Below, one piece after another: positions 45,961 to 62,950 of a stretch of 64,000 bases of DNA. Source of the DNA: the human T2T-CHM13v2.0 reference genome, Homo sapiens; the NCBI RefSeq assembly GCF_009914755.1, contig NC_060926.1. The stretch is one strand, 5' to 3'. A program made the translations under genes and the position numbers. Under the pieces are notes generated by a model that searched no databases, was not told the origin of the DNA, and saw only the letters and a program-made list of their open reading frames with translations. Position 1 is the first letter of the stretch. Each line of letters begins with the position of its first letter.

Positions 45961-46798
45961 TTACTTTACAGTAAGAGGAAAAGGTGATTTGTGACAGGCG
46001 TCCACACTTCCCCTTCCTATCCTGCACATCTGCAAAGATAATCCCTCCTTCTTTCCCAGTGCACACACAGATTCATACCCTAGATCAGAGGAAGGACTGG
46101 AACAGGTCTCTTACCTTTTAGCATCTCTTGGAATGACATGGAAGAGCCTGGTGGAAATACTTCAGAGAATAAATGTCCAGTGCCATGTAGAATGCCAGCA
46201 CAATTCCCTGCATGGAGGAAAGGACTACTATGAACAGCTCCCCAGGAAACTCAGCCTAAGGCCCCAGAAGCACCGGGTTCTCCTCCTGACGGTCACTCAT
46301 CATGGGCAGCCCTGGACATAAGTGTGTGCCTTGAGATATTTGCATATTTATGTCAGTGTGTCTTGGAACCATTTAAAGTCTTTCTACAAAACTTGAGTTT
46401 TCTGTTTAAGTGTGTGGATTTCTCTTTCTCCAAAGTTTGTGTTCTAACTAAAAGACTACAGTCTTTTCATAGAAAGCAGAAATAATCTGGTGAAATGAAG
46501 TTCTCTAAAAAAGTTTCCAGAGTAATGATTAGCTTGTAAAATTTACAGTTGTTATATATAAACTTCAGCTTTTATTAGTTCTGGCTATGGAAAGCAAAAA
46601 GTTAAATTGGTATCTCCTCTTCAGCAAAGCTAAGTTATCGGGGACATTGTGATTTAGGAAAATTTATAGCTTCACATGCATAATAGTGTAGAGAACGTGA
46701 TGGTAATTTCCCTTATCTCCTCTATCTTTGGGAAACTGGAAAAGGAAATTAAAGCATTTATTCTGATTAGATGACAGGAGCAAAAAAGAAAAAATACT

Positions 46799-47085
46799 GG
46801 CCGAGCGTGGTGGCTCATACCTGTAATCCCAGCGAGGCAGGCGGATCACGAGTGAGACCATCCTGGCTAACACGTGAAACCCCGTCTCTACTAAAAATAT
46901 ACAAAAAAAAATTAGCCGGGCGTGGTGGCGGGCGCCTGCAGTCCCAGCTACTCAGGAGGCTGAGGCAGGAGAATGGCATGAACCTGGAGGCGGAGCTTGC
47001 AGTGAGCCGAGATCCCGCCACTGCACTACAGCCTGGGCGACAGAGCAAGACTTCATCTCAAATAAAAAAGAAAAAAAGAAAAAAT
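46799..47085 (+). mobile_element. AluY with two short left-arm deletions
   Basis: Y diagnostics; TSD AAAAAAGAAAAAATACT. Confidence 0.93.
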
Positions 47086-47322
47086 ACTAATAATTTAAAA
47101 AGTAAAATGCTGGAAGTTTGGGGAAAATATATGACTAATTGAATTGCAAAGAAATATTTAAAATCAAGTCTGTTCATAGGAATAATTATTCTAGTTAGTA
47201 AAATGGGGAGTTGAATGGTTTTCTTTCACTGTCCTAAAGGAAACATCTTTTTAACATAATGTGATTAAAACAATTTTATAGGGTTATCAAAATATATTTT
47301 GTTGAGGTAGACAAATAGAATA

Positions 47323-47605
47323 GTTTTTTTTTTTTTTGAAACAAAATCTCACTCCGTTGCCCAGGCTGAAGTGCAGTAGTGCGATCTCAGATCACTGCAA
47401 CCTCCCCTCCCAGGCTCAAGCAATTCTCCTGCCTCTGCTGGGATTATAGGTGTACGCCACCACACCCAACTAATTTTTTTATTTTTAGTAGAGACTGGGT
47501 TTCACCATATTGGCCAGGCTGGTCTCAAAGTCCTGACCTCAAATGATCCACCAGCCTCAGTCCCCAAAGTGCTGGGATTACAGGCATGAGCCACTGTGCC
47601 CAGCC
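47323..47605 (-). mobile_element. AluS
   Basis: Dimer after poly-T. Confidence 0.9.
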
Positions 47606-47958
47606 AATAATAGATAATTTAAGAGTAAATTCAGTTGGAATTTACAAATCTAAACTTAGAAAGTGATAAAATATCTAGTTCAACATGACTGAGCATATGT
47701 GCTTAAGTGAAATAATGAAATGCATAATTTTAAAATACATTTATAACAGCTTTGAAAACAAGACATGGTGCCATCAACAGCCCAGAAATTTTAAGAGATT
47801 TGGTGGAAATTAGAGAACATCTGTGATTAGATTCACAGAGAAAACAGACATCTGATGATGCTGGTTTGCAGACTACACTTTGTGTAGCAAGAATTACAGA
47901 CAATATACTTCAACCACAACTCCTGCTTTAGTCAGAGTTCCCATACAAATAGACCCTA

Positions 47959-48390
<432 letters not shown>

Positions 48391-49542
48391 TCAGTTACCA
48401 CTGTGGCCACCTGGAACTCAAGGACCCTGGAGGAAACTCTGAGAACCAGTGCTAAGTGTGTGCCTCATAGTCATCCCTCACAGGAGGCAAGGGTACGGGA
48501 GTACCATGCACCCATTTCCAACATTAATCTGTTAAATGTTGTTTCCTATACAAAGGTATTAAGAATCTTAAAGCAGCTACTATTGCTATCCCTAATGAAG
48601 TAAGGTAAATTTTGCTCACAACAAATGAAAAGAGCAGAGAAAAATACAGCGTAAAAGAACCAAATGGAAATTCTAGAACTAAAATACGTAATATCTAAAA
48701 TTTACATGTTCAAAATGATTAACAGCCAAGTTGAGGTAATAGAGGAAACAGTAAGTGAACTTGAAGATAGATCAATAGACATTAGGGAAAAAACAAAAAG
48801 CAACCAAAAATTACACATTAAACATTATCCAATATAAGAAACACAGAGGAAAAAAAATAGCAAAAAGCTGAATAGAGCCTTAGGTAACTGTTAGATAATA
48901 TCAACTGGTTTCATATATATGTAAGTGTAGTAACCCCAAGGAAAAAAAGAGAAAAGGAAGCATAAAAAATATTTTTAAAATAATGGCTAAAAATCTGTCA
49001 AATTTTATGGAGAATGTAAATTTACAGATTCAAAATGCTCAATGAACACTAAGCAGAATCAACATGAGAAAGGCCATACCGAGGCACATCATAGTTAAAC
49101 TTTTGAAAACCTAAGATAAAGAGCAAATCTGGAAAGCAGCGAGAAATGACAAATTATATGCAGTGGAACAATGATGACAGTGGACTTATCATCAGAAACT
49201 ACACAGACCAGGAAAGAGTAAGAAAAGCATCTTTAAAGTACTTAAAGAAAAAACTGCCAGACCAGAATTTTATATCTGGCAAAAAATATCCTTCACAAAT
49301 AAAGGTAAAATGAAGACTTCTTCGCCAGTAACTCTCACTACAAAACAAAATGCCAAAGGAATTATTTATGCTAAATGAAAATATTACCAGATATAAACAA
49401 ACATTATTAAAAATAAGTAGAAAGCATTGGAAATGGTAAATATCTGGGTAAATAAAAATACTAAGTTTTTTTGCTTCTTAATTTCTTTATAATACATATG
49501 GCTATTAAAAGCAAAAATTGAAGCATTTTCTTGTGGGATTTA

Positions 49543-50130
<588 letters not shown>

Positions 50131-50323
50131 ACCATGACAGTCATAACATAAAGGAGATGATGGCGATAGGAACCTATACAGTTCCAAGGTTTCTGTATTT
50201 TTTCATGAAGTAGAACAAGAGTAACTGTAAGTAAACTGTAAAAAGATAAAAATGTATATTGTAATCCCCAGGCCAACCACTAAGGGCAGAAATTGTAAAA
50301 ATGAATTAAAAAGCCAGACCCAG

Positions 50324-50684
50324 TGCTATGGACTGAACTGTGTCACCCCAAATTAGTATATTGAAGCCCTAACTCCCAGTGTAGCTGTATTTGGAGTCAG
50401 GAAATAGGATTAAGCGAGATCATTAGAGTGGAACCCTGATCCAATAACACTGGTGTCCTTCAAGAGGAGACACCAGAGAGTTTACTCTTTCTCTCCACTA
50501 TGTGAGAACACAGGGACAGGCAGCCACCTGCAAGCCAGAAGGGAACCCTCACAAGAAACTGAATTGCTCAGAGCTTTGACCCTGGGCTTCCTGGCCTCCA
50601 GAGCTGTGAGAATACAAATTTTCATTGTTTAAGCCATCCAATTTATAGTATTTTGTTATGGCAGCCCCCGAGCTAACTAAGACA
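50324..50684 (+). mobile_element. MLT1A (MaLR) solo LTR
   Basis: TGCTATGGACTGAACTGTGTC...GAAGCCCTAACTCCC...GCTAACTAAGACA. Confidence 0.88.
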
Positions 50685-51217
50685 ACAATTATCTTCTTTC
50701 TTTAGAAGACACATTGAGGTTGAAAGTCAATAGACAAGAAAGTGCATACTATTCTAACAGCGAGCAGAGAATAAAGCTGAAGTGACTATAGTAATATCAG
50801 ATAAAATAGATTTCAAGACAAAAAGTACTACTAGAGATAGAGGAACATTTGATAATAGTAGAAAGAAAAATTCATCAGGAAGACAGTAGTCATAAATATG
50901 TATACACCAAATAACAGAGTTTCAAAATACATGAAGTAAAACTTCCCAGAATTAAAGAGAGAAAGACACAATTTTGCAATCATATTTTAAAATGTTAACA
51001 CTTCTCTCCCTTATCAGCAAGTATATAAAAATCAGACCAAAACAAAAAAACCATCAGCAAACACATAGACAAAACGAGTAACACCATCAACCACTTTGAA
51101 CAGTCCACCTATCAACTGCAGAACACATTCTTTTCAAGTGCACGAGGTATGTTCACCAGAATAGAATACACACTGTGCCATACAATAAGTCTCAATAAAT
51201 TTTAAAAGATTAGAATA

Positions 51218-51355
51218 GACCTGGTGTGGTGGCTCACACCTGTAATTGCAGCACTTTGGGAGGCTGAAGGGGGAAGATTGCTTGAGGTCAGGAGTCCAAG
51301 ACCAGCCTGACAACATATCAAGACCCCATCTCTATAAAAAGAAAGAAAGAAAAAA
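51218..51355 (+). mobile_element. FLAM-like Alu monomer
   Basis: Left monomer with (GAAA) tail. Confidence 0.85.
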
Positions 51356-51474
51356 GACTAAAATCATATCAGCTATGCTCTCTGGCCACAATGGAATTAA
51401 TTAGAAATCAATGACCATACAAATAACTAGGAAAAAAACATACATCTGGAAATTAAGCAACATAGTTTTACAGA

Positions 51475-51667
51475 CAGTGTTTACCACCCTGGGCTGGACA
51501 ATTTCTTGTTGTGGGGAGCTATCCTATGCACTTAGGAAGCTCAGTAGCATCCTTGTCTATTCCTACTAGATGCCAGTTGTACCCTTCTAATTGTGAAAAC
51601 CAAAAATGTCCCTAGACATTGCCAACTATTCCCTGGGGGACAAATCACCCCAGTTGAGAACCATCAT
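51475..51667. mobile_element. MER20 hAT-Charlie MITE
   Basis: CTACTAGATGCCAG...AACCAAAAATGTCCCTAGACATTGCCAA...GTTGAGAACCA. Confidence 0.88.
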
Positions 51668-52110
51668 TCTAAGTAATTTATAGATTGAAAAAGTAATCAC
51701 ATTAGAAATTAGAAAATATTTTGAATTGACATTTGTGGAATGTAGCTAAAGCTATGCTTAATGAGAAATATATAGCATTAAACTAAATGCTTATTTTAGA
51801 AAAGAAGAAAGACCTAAAATGAATGATTTAAGCTCCCATCCTAAGAAATTAGAGAAAGAAGAGCAAATTAAACCCAAAATAAATTGAAGGAAGAAATAGT
51901 AAAAATAAGAGCAGAAATCAATGAAAAGCAAAATTAACAAAGAATAGAGAAAAAAAAGGCTCATCCTTTGAAAGGATCAATAAAACTGGTAAAACTTTAG
52001 CAAGGCTAGTCAAGAAAAATAGAGAGAAGACACAAATTACCAAAATGAGAAATGAAAGAGGACACCACTGGATATTTTAAAAATTATAAAAAGAATTTTA
52101 AAATATTTTA

Positions 52111-52418
<308 letters not shown>

Positions 52419-52601
52419 CTAGAACTTTATGCCAATATAATTGAAAACTTGAATAAATAGACCAACTTCTTGAAAGACACAAATTTACAAAACTTCCTCA
52501 AGAAGAAATAGAAAATTTGAATAGCTTAATATCATATAAACATTTTGACTTCATAATTGAGAACTTTCTCACTGTAAAAATCCTAGGCCCAAATGGTTTT
52601 A

Positions 52602-52956
52602 GAGTAGTCCTCTCTTATCTTTGGGGGATACATTCCAAGACCCCAGAGGGTGCCTAAAACCATAGATAGTACTGAACCCTATATATAGTATGTTTTCTCT
52701 ATCTGATAATCAAGATGGCTTCTAAGTGACTAACAGTGTATAAAGAGTGGATATGCTGGACAAAGAGCTAATTCACATCCCAGGTGGGATGGAGCGGGAT
52801 GGCCAGAGATTTCATCATGCTTCTTAAAATAGCATACAATTTAAAACTTATGAATTATTTACCTCTGGAATTTTCCATTTAATATTTTCAGATCATAGTT
52901 GGCCATGGGTAACTGAAACCACAGAAAGTGAAACCATGGATAAGCGGGGACTACTG
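52602..52956. mobile_element. MER44A-like TcMar-Tigger MITE
   Basis: Inverted termini GAGTAGTCCTCTCTTATC / GATAAGCGGGGACTACTG, TA on both sides. Confidence 0.9.
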
Positions 52957-54729
52957 TACTTATGAGTTCTATCAACCATCAGAAGAGAATGGATATCCAT
53001 TCATCCCCTTCCATATGTAATATAAAAACTATGGGCACCACAAGGGATTTGTGAACATGATGTACAAAAATATGTGGGCTTGAAAAAAAAATCCCCAAAA
53101 TAAGAAGGGGCTCTGCATATTAACCTGTGTCTTGGGTAGTTGGGTAGCATCATCCTGGATGTGGTACCCATATCTGTACGTTGGCCTCATGCCTTTAACC
53201 AATAACCTAATATTTGACCATGTCATGGACCGGAATCTTCAACCCAAGAATCTCAGCCTAAATGCTAAATGCAGTCCTTTTTATTGGTAAGAAATGTTGC
53301 AAATCTAGGGAAATATATTTATATGCACATACGTACATATTCATGCACATACATACACATACATATACATAAGTGTGTATTGTATATGTATATATGTGTA
53401 TGTAAATATATACATTTTTATTTTATGTTAATTACCTTTCTATTGCTTGATTTGGGTAGAATTCTGCCCTTCCCCTTCTCTGCCTGCTTCCCTCCCTGTA
53501 CCCATGGCTGCGGATCTCCATGCTGCATGATTGGAGTTAATTGTGCACACTCATGCATGCACACACAACATCCAGGTGATAACACTCCCTTCATAATTTG
53601 TTTCATTACCTGACCTACCAGTTACTGTCTTATAGCCAATATACTGATCCATTTCATTTTTGTTTGTCTCTACCTGCCAATGTCAGCCAGCCTAACAACA
53701 TTCTATGTTTCTTATTTTACAGATGAGGTTCCTAGGTTAAGAGAAGCAGTGGCCTTTGCCCAAATCTACCATTCACTAGTAGGCACCGCACCTAGGCCCC
53801 TGTGGACTGCATGCTGTATTCTCTCTTCCAACATTCAACCAAGGCTTGTCCTCCTCAGCTATAGACCAAAACCATTTTCCTTCATCAAAACGTGTCTGTC
53901 CTAGCTAATTCTGTCAAACACTTTTGTGCTATGAAGCAGAATTAAAACTAATAGTTTAATGAGTAACGTGCATTTTCACATGAGGATGAAATACTAATCC
54001 CCAGGGAGTGAGACGGAAGATGATTTGCTGACCACATTACAGGTGTAGGTGTTTGGGGACCGTAGTGGGAGGACAGAAGTTCCAGTCACTCAGGGATAAG
54101 CCACCCTGCCGCATCTGAAGAACATGCCTTTAGGCTCCTGGGAGTAACTGATGTTGAAAAGTCCCAGGCTTAGCAGGTCCTCCCCACCTCCTCTCTTCCA
54201 GGAAGCTCAGTCCCATAGCCAGACAGCTCTCTGTTACCCAACACCCAGCCTGGGAGCGGCCAGCCACCCAGTTTATGCTGTCGGTGAGCTCATTAGAATG
54301 AATGAGATGAGTCAACATTCACACAAAGACCTTCTGGCCTGCAATCTGAGAAGAGGTTTAGGAAGAACAAAGCAAGGGGGAGAAATGTAACCAAGAACTA
54401 TCTCTTTATTGCTTTTGAGTTGTTTAAGGGGATTTTAAGGGATTAGGGCTAAAGAAATGTTGACTGTAGGGAGAGGAGCAGGGTATCAGTTGAACAGAAT
54501 AGAGGCCTTTGTGCTGACTAAGAGGAGAAGCAAATGAAAAGAATATCTCAGCAGCCTGGCTGCTCGCAGTGAGAGAGGGCTAGAAGTCAAAGGTGAATAA
54601 GAATGCCAGGTTTTCAGCCTATAGGGAGAAGTCAAGGCATAGGGACCTTTAGGGTCCCTGTTGGTTAGGAGTAGTCGGCTGAGGACTACCAGAGTTACCC
54701 TGGCCCCTGCCTCCATTCTCCTCCCAGAC

Positions 54730-55028
<299 letters not shown>

Positions 55029-56029
55029 CTTCCTCCCAAATTCTTGACTGAAACCCTAGGAGGAAACTCACCACAAGCACTGAACACAAAGAAGGGCTAA
55101 GCCCTGGGAGACATGGAGGCAACGTGCCAGGGGACCCAGGGAACCAAAGGGTCACAAACAACTTCAGTGAGGCATATAAGATACATCTTACAGTATGATA
55201 GGCTCCATCCTGTTCCTTTCTTCTCTTTTCTCATTTCCTACTTCCCTGTAGGACTTTCTGTTTCTATCATTGTATCCACCCATGTCTGCCTGTCTTGATC
55301 CTCTCCCTCTTTCTCATTCGTGTCTGTCACTCTCTTATCCTCTGGATATGCTCCCCTGCCATAGATACTATGGCTGCAACCCCCCCAACTCCCTCAAATG
55401 GATGCATGACCAAGAGGGGATTTCCACTGATGAGAAATTTCCTCACCAGCCCCTTCTCTCTCCCCACCTGCTGCACACCCACAGTCAAAGGCATAAAGAA
55501 CAGATAAGGGCTCTGGGCAAAGGAATTATTTATGCTCTTCTTTCAAGTAAGCAGCCTCAGAAAGCCCAATAATACTTTCTATTTTTATCCTTCACCAGAT
55601 GTTACCCTCCCATTCTTCCAGCAATCCTGCCAGGTAGAGTTTACCTTCACTGGAAAAATTCATCATAGCTATGGAGGCGGCACGTTGGAGGAGGGGATGC
55701 CTTACTTTTTCCTCCATATAGACCTGTCTGCCTTGGAACTATCCATATTTGTTTCCTTTTTTAAAGCCTGTTCAGGACTTTCCTTATTGCTGGAAGTTCT
55801 CTCTCTCTGATTGGTCCTGCCATGATCAATTCTGCCTTCCCTCTGTACCATTCATTCAAAGACATGGGTTGAGGCTCTGGCGCTGCCACTGGGAAGCTGT
55901 GTGGGATGGGGATGAGGGCTGCTTACCCTCCTTGACTCTTTTTCTCAACTTTCAGATGATGAGCTGTGAGGGAATTGTTAAGACTGTAACTCTAGTTGGA
56001 GTTTCATGTGACTCCTTGGAGGGCAGGGA

Positions 56030-56260
56030 CATTTAAATCACCAGGGAAGCTTAGTAAAGCATCATCCATTCTTATCCAGGATGTGCATCAGAATCACTCA
56101 TGAAGTTTTTAAAACTTAATTTCACATAAACATTGCTCCATTCCAGAAAATTCTGATGCCACGGTTTTGAGGCAGGGCTTAGAGATTTTTCTTTCTAAAT
56201 TTACCTGATTATTCCTAATGGATTGACAGACCAAATGACATAGATCTCCTTGCTTGTGTC
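56030..56260. mobile_element. MER5-like fragments
   Basis: GTGCATCAGAATCAC...CAGAAAATTCTGAT. Confidence 0.55.
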
Positions 56261-56761
56261 TCCAATACCAAGTGAAACGGATGTATCTAGTTATTATCTC
56301 ACTATTAAGTTTACCTGAACAACCACAAGTACCAAAGAGGATAAATCTTGACAGAAAAAAGAAACCCACAGGCTCCCTCTTCTAGGCCCTGATTTTTTAC
56401 TGGAAACTTGGGTAACGTTTCAAATTGCAACAGCCAGAGCCAAAGACAATCTATACTCAAGCTCAGAGAGTTTAATTTATCCACTCTGACAAAAGCTTTA
56501 ATAGCAGAAGTCAGGGAGAGCAACAGCCGGATGCATGACATAGGACGTAAGAAAGCTGCTTCTCCGTTTTCTCTGTGTTGTAACTTCTTGCGAACGGATT
56601 GGAAGGAATTTGTCAGGTATTGAGGGTCTGTAGTGAGGTGTATGGAGGTGGGTTGGAGAGAGGTTGATTTCCAGGAGTGAAATTTATCTTAAAGAATAGG
56701 CTGCAGGTAAGGGTGGGAATGGGTAGGTAGTACATACTCAGTTCATTGTGGCTGAGACTAA

Positions 56762-57090
<329 letters not shown>

Positions 57091-57199
57091 TGAGCCTTAG
57101 AGTTTTGTCTATGCATCTCCGCCTATTTAGGTTCATGCTCCTTTCTATGAAACTCTAGGACTTTCACAAATGCATCAGCCTCAAGAGGAAAGCTGAGGA

Positions 57200-58190
57200 G
57201 AGTGGCAGGGGGTGATTCAGAGGGATGAACAGGGACCTCATTTGATAAGACCTTTAGACTAGGATAAAGCATGTTCACCTTATAATATTTGTGTTAGTAA
57301 AGCTTCAGAGGGATTTAATGTGCTCTGATTTATGTTTCTAAAAGAATATCTGGCTGCTGCATAGAGGATACAGTATAGGGGATTGGCAAGAGCAGGAGAA
57401 GGGATACCTTTTAGAAGGCATGGGCTGGGCATGGTGGCTCACGCCTGTAATCCCAGCACTTTGGGAAACCAAGGAGGGTAGACCACCTGAGGTCAGGAGT
57501 TTGAGATCAGCTTGGCAAACATGGCGAAACCCTGTCTCTACTAAAAATACAAAAAAATTAGCTGGGTATGGTGGCTCATGCCTGTCATCCCAGCTACTAG
57601 GGAGGCTGAAGCAGGAAAATAACTTGAACCCAGGAGACAGGTTGCAATGAGCCAAGACCGCACCACTGCACTCCAGCCTGGGCGACAGAGCAAGACTGTC
57701 TCAAAAAAAAATGAAAGAAGCCTTTACAGATGTCCAGGCTGGAGAGTCTGGTGGCTTCGACCAGAGTGGTGAGATGTGGAAATATTTTGAGATATTTTTA
57801 TTAGACTTGCTGATGGATTGGATATGAAGAGTGAGGAAGAAAGAAATCAAGGGTGATTTCTGTGTTTTTATACTTGAGGAACTGCTGGCAGGTATAATTT
57901 ACTGTAATGAAGAAAACCTAGGGAGGACAGACTTGGGTGGGTGATGTGAACATAGAGAATTATGAGTCCCATTTTGGCCATATTAAATTTGAGATATACT
58001 TAACTTGTCAAGTGGAGATATCAAGTAGATAGTACAATATATGTCTGTAATTCTCATCATAGGCCAGGGTAAGAGGTATGAATTTGAGGTCATTAGCATA
58101 TAAGTAAGGTTTAAAGCTATGAACTACATTATCTGTAGTGACAGTATAGGCAGCAAAGAGATGTAAACTTGGGCTGCAGCTCTGGTTCAT
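57200..58190 (-). mobile_element. L2 fragment with nested AluSx (57423-57712, plus)
   Basis: GACTTGCTGATGGATTGGATATG; TTTTGGCCATATTAAATTTGAGAT...AAGTGGAGATATCAAGTAG. Confidence 0.8.
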
Positions 58191-58218
58191 GCCAAAATTT
58201 CAAACAGACCAAAGCGTC

Positions 58219-58797
58219 CATATCGGCCAGGGTCCATTTGAGAGAACAAAACCACACTCATTATTTAAATAGATAGAACGTGATATAAAGAACTGTTAAC
58301 TAGACACACTGTTGTCAATTAGCTTACAAAAAGGGTACAGATACCAACATTAAGTTAGCACAGATATAGCAACTGCAGTAAGCAACTGCCACCTCAAAGA
58401 CTTAGGGAACCAAAAGAAGACACTGGAATATTGAAAACTTAGAAGCTTAGATAAGGGGCTCCACAGAGCTAAAACTCAGGCCTCTGAGCTGATGTTCCTG
58501 CCCTAGTAGGGCTGGTATCTCTGAGGTGGGTACAATGAGGCTTGTTCTTCAAATACTGGACAAAGTGCAAACTAGAGTCAGCTTCTGCCAACAGAAGGAA
58601 TTGCTGCTGCCGGGATGAAGAAGCCTCCCTGGGATGATGCTCGCAGGCGTCAGAAGAAAACCAGCTCTAGTGCTTTATATTGGTAGAGCCTAACAAGGGA
58701 GCCAGTAGGCAAAGCAAAAAATGTAGTTTCCAGATTCCCAATGCTACTATCACAAAGCTGAGTAGAGAAGGAGCTGAGAGACAATAACTTACTCACA
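58219..58797 (-). mobile_element. ERV-L family 3' LTR
   Basis: Minus strand begins TGTGAG directly after purine-rich PPT-like GTAGAAGAGTGCC (58798-58810); homologous to 62504-62950. Confidence 0.75.
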
Positions 58798-59073
58798 GGC
58801 ACTCTTCTACACATATATGAATATTCATACAACAAAATAATTCTGTGTTTCGTTCCTCACAGCAACTATCCAGATAGACAGATCTTCTCACTACCCCAAA
58901 GAAAGAGATGCAAAGCCCAATGGTCACGATATTCTTCTCTGACATATGTTAATTACTTCTCAAATGTATTCAAAATCTCATTTGAATATTCTGTTATCTA
59001 AGTACTAAATTGTGAAGTTAGCTTCTAACAAAATTTGTATACAATAGTAAGGGAGGCCGGGCGTGGTGGTTCC

Positions 59074-59215
59074 TGCTTGTAATCCCAGCACTTTGGGAGA
59101 CTGAGGTGAGAGGATTGCTTGAGCCTAGGAGTTTGAGACCAGCCTGGATAGCATAATGGGATCCCATCTCTAATAAATAAATGAATGAATGAATGAATGA
59201 ATAAATAAATAAAAA
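59074..59215 (+). mobile_element. FLAM_C-like Alu monomer
   Basis: Left monomer with (TGAA/TAAA)n tail. Confidence 0.87.
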
Positions 59216-59525
59216 TACTAAAGGAAAGGAGGAGAAAGAAGAGGAAAATAATATGTTACACACACACACCAATGAGAAAGCAAATGCGCACAGCTGTTAC
59301 AGTCTGAATTCTGCAAATGGTCACAAGGCTGCAGCTGATGTTCACGAACTTCCTTCTTCCACTACCCATCCTGTTTTGTCTTCAGCCAGAACCTCAGCTG
59401 ATCAGGGTCCTTTACCTGGTAGAATAGCACAGATCTTCATTCTTGAAAGGTCTGAATCTTCAGTGTCTTTGACATTTTTGGTTGCTGAAGTTTTCTATTA
59501 CCTTTTACTAATGAACATGAAAGTA

Positions 59526-60178
<653 letters not shown>

Positions 60179-60443
60179 TACTTAGAGATACCTCAATGTA
60201 TCTTTTATGTTCCAAACATTGACCTTCATGTTCCTGTTGTGTAGCCACAATTTAATTCCTTCTTGGTAACCAAGATCAATTACTCTATCTCCACAAAGAA
60301 GAGTAATACCCTTCCTTGTCTCTTGGGTCTTTGGTATGAGAAACTCAAAGTGGCCAAACAGTTTCATCTAGGAAACCAGTGGAACTATAGATGTGTCTCC
60401 TGGTAGAAGCATTCTTTTAGGGGGAATAAAAATTTCAAAGTCA

Positions 60444-60888
<445 letters not shown>

Positions 60889-62483
60889 TTATCTCCAATT
60901 CAAAGCATATAACTCTTTCTATAATATATAATCCTATCTGTTTTATGTATTTATGTGTAGAAGAGTTTTTTTCTCTCCTTGGTTAACTGGTTATAAGGAG
61001 CGCATGAAACCACTAGAGTATACTGATGGAGAGAAGGCAATGCAGCAGAAACTGATGTTGGAAAGAGTCTGGGGATCAAAAGCCTCAAAAGGAAAAGCAG
61101 TTTGAAGAGCTGACTAGACTTCCTGCAGAGCCTTTGCTTGCTTTGATCATCATTCAAAATTTATAGCCTTCCATATTACTTGGTAAGTGTGTCTAAATAG
61201 CACATTCAAATATGGTAGATGTTATTTGTAACACTCAGAAAAGCCTACAAAGCATTGCGTCTCTTTTATTGTGGTAGGTGGTACATAGTATAGCAACTCA
61301 TCTTTCACCTCAGGGATAGCCTGATGTGCTCCAGACCATTAGATACCCAGAACCTTCACTGGAGTGACAAGCCCTGAATTTCCATGAGGTTTATTTCCTA
61401 CTCTCTGATTTGCATAAGTCTTATTAAGGCATCTAAATTAATGCTAATTCTAGTTCACCAGATCAGATCAACATAATGTTAACAAGATTGTAGACCAGTG
61501 TGGTATCAAGAGGATCGAGATTGTCTCCAGCATGTATTATGGCACAGAGCAAAACTGGTGAAGCCCTGAGGCAAATTTGTGAAGGTATGCTGTTGGCCCT
61601 GTGGGATAGAAGCAAGCTGCTTCTGATGGTCCTTACAAATTGGTATAGAGAGAAAAGTATTTGCTAGGTCAGTAGCTACATGCCAGGTAATAGGAGCTAT
61701 ATTGATTTTTGTTTCTGGTGAAGTTTCTATATATTAAACCACAACTTGGAATAACTGCCTGATAAAGTTTATGATAATGTACAGTCATTCTCCAATATCT
61801 ATCTGCCTTCTGCATGGGCAAACAGGAAAGTTAGATGTGGCTTCACCACCTCAGCATCTTTTAAGTCTTTGATGGTGGTGATAATCTCTGTAATTCTCTC
61901 AGGAATATGGTATTGTTTTTGCGATTACTATCCTGACAGAGTAAGTTCCAGTGGCTTCCATTCGATTCTTCCAACCATCGTGGTCCTTACTCTATGGGTC
62001 AGACAGCCAAGATTGGTATTCTTCTAGTTACTAAATGTGTCTATCCAATTTACATTAATTAACTGGGGAAATAACTATACAATTGGTCCATGGACATATT
62101 GTACCATCTGTGATTTGAAATTGATTTAAGAGTCCATATGTCACCTGGCCACAATAGCCCTTATTTTATTGGTGGCACTGTGGCATTTTGAGTCTCTAGG
62201 AGTCAGCATCAATTTAGAGCTAGCGCCTAGTAATTCCTGAAAGCTCTGGGTAATTCCCTTTTCTTAGTAAGTGAGAAATTCTATTAAATGATTCTTATAA
62301 TCATTCTAGGAAATGGCAGAAAGTTTTTTGGGAGAAGTCTCCAGTAGGTACTTCAGCGTAATCCAACACACATGATGCCACTGTGTGCCTGGATACTAGC
62401 ATCCAATTTTCCATTGGCAAGAAATGCAAGGCTGTGACTGAACCAATCCCAGAATACCATCTTTGAGAGTCTGTTTCCTGAGG

Positions 62484-62950
62484 CCACTTTTGCTACCAAT
62501 TTCTGTATGTCAGTGACCATCCAGATGACACAATCTGCACCATTACTTAAATAGAAAAAAGATAATGTTAAAAATGCTATGTAGGTGTACATTTGTTAAG
62601 TAGGTAACTAGAAGGGTAAATCCTAACGTTAAAGGCATAAAAAATGTAAGAATTACAGAAAGCTCCTATCATTCTCAGGGCTGAATGAGCATAAAAAAGA
62701 GGCTGGAAATATTAATGCTTAGAAACTTAGAAGAAAGGCACCAAAGAGCCGAAACTCAAAGCTCTGAAGAGGTACTACCTAGCTGGTGTTGATATCTCTT
62801 AGCTCAGAGGAGGGTCCCTGTGAGCACAGGAACTAGACCTTTAAGGAGGGGACACCAGACAGCTGGTGCTGGTGTTTCTGAATGAGATATGATAAAGCTG
62901 GTTCTGCAAGTATTAGAAAAACTGCAAACTAGATTTAGCTGCTGCTGTTG
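62484..62950 (-). mobile_element. Second ERV-L LTR piece plus PBS, embedded at the gag/pro junction
   Basis: Homologous to 58219-58600; minus strand ...CATACA|GAAAT TGGTAGCAAAAGTGG (tRNA-Leu-type PBS-like, 62498-62484). Confidence 0.7.

Noticed and set aside
55270-55572. Plus-strand acceptor-like tract followed by ATG in good context (MAATPPTPSNG...)
   Set aside because: Short, no homology I recognise, no convincing partner exons
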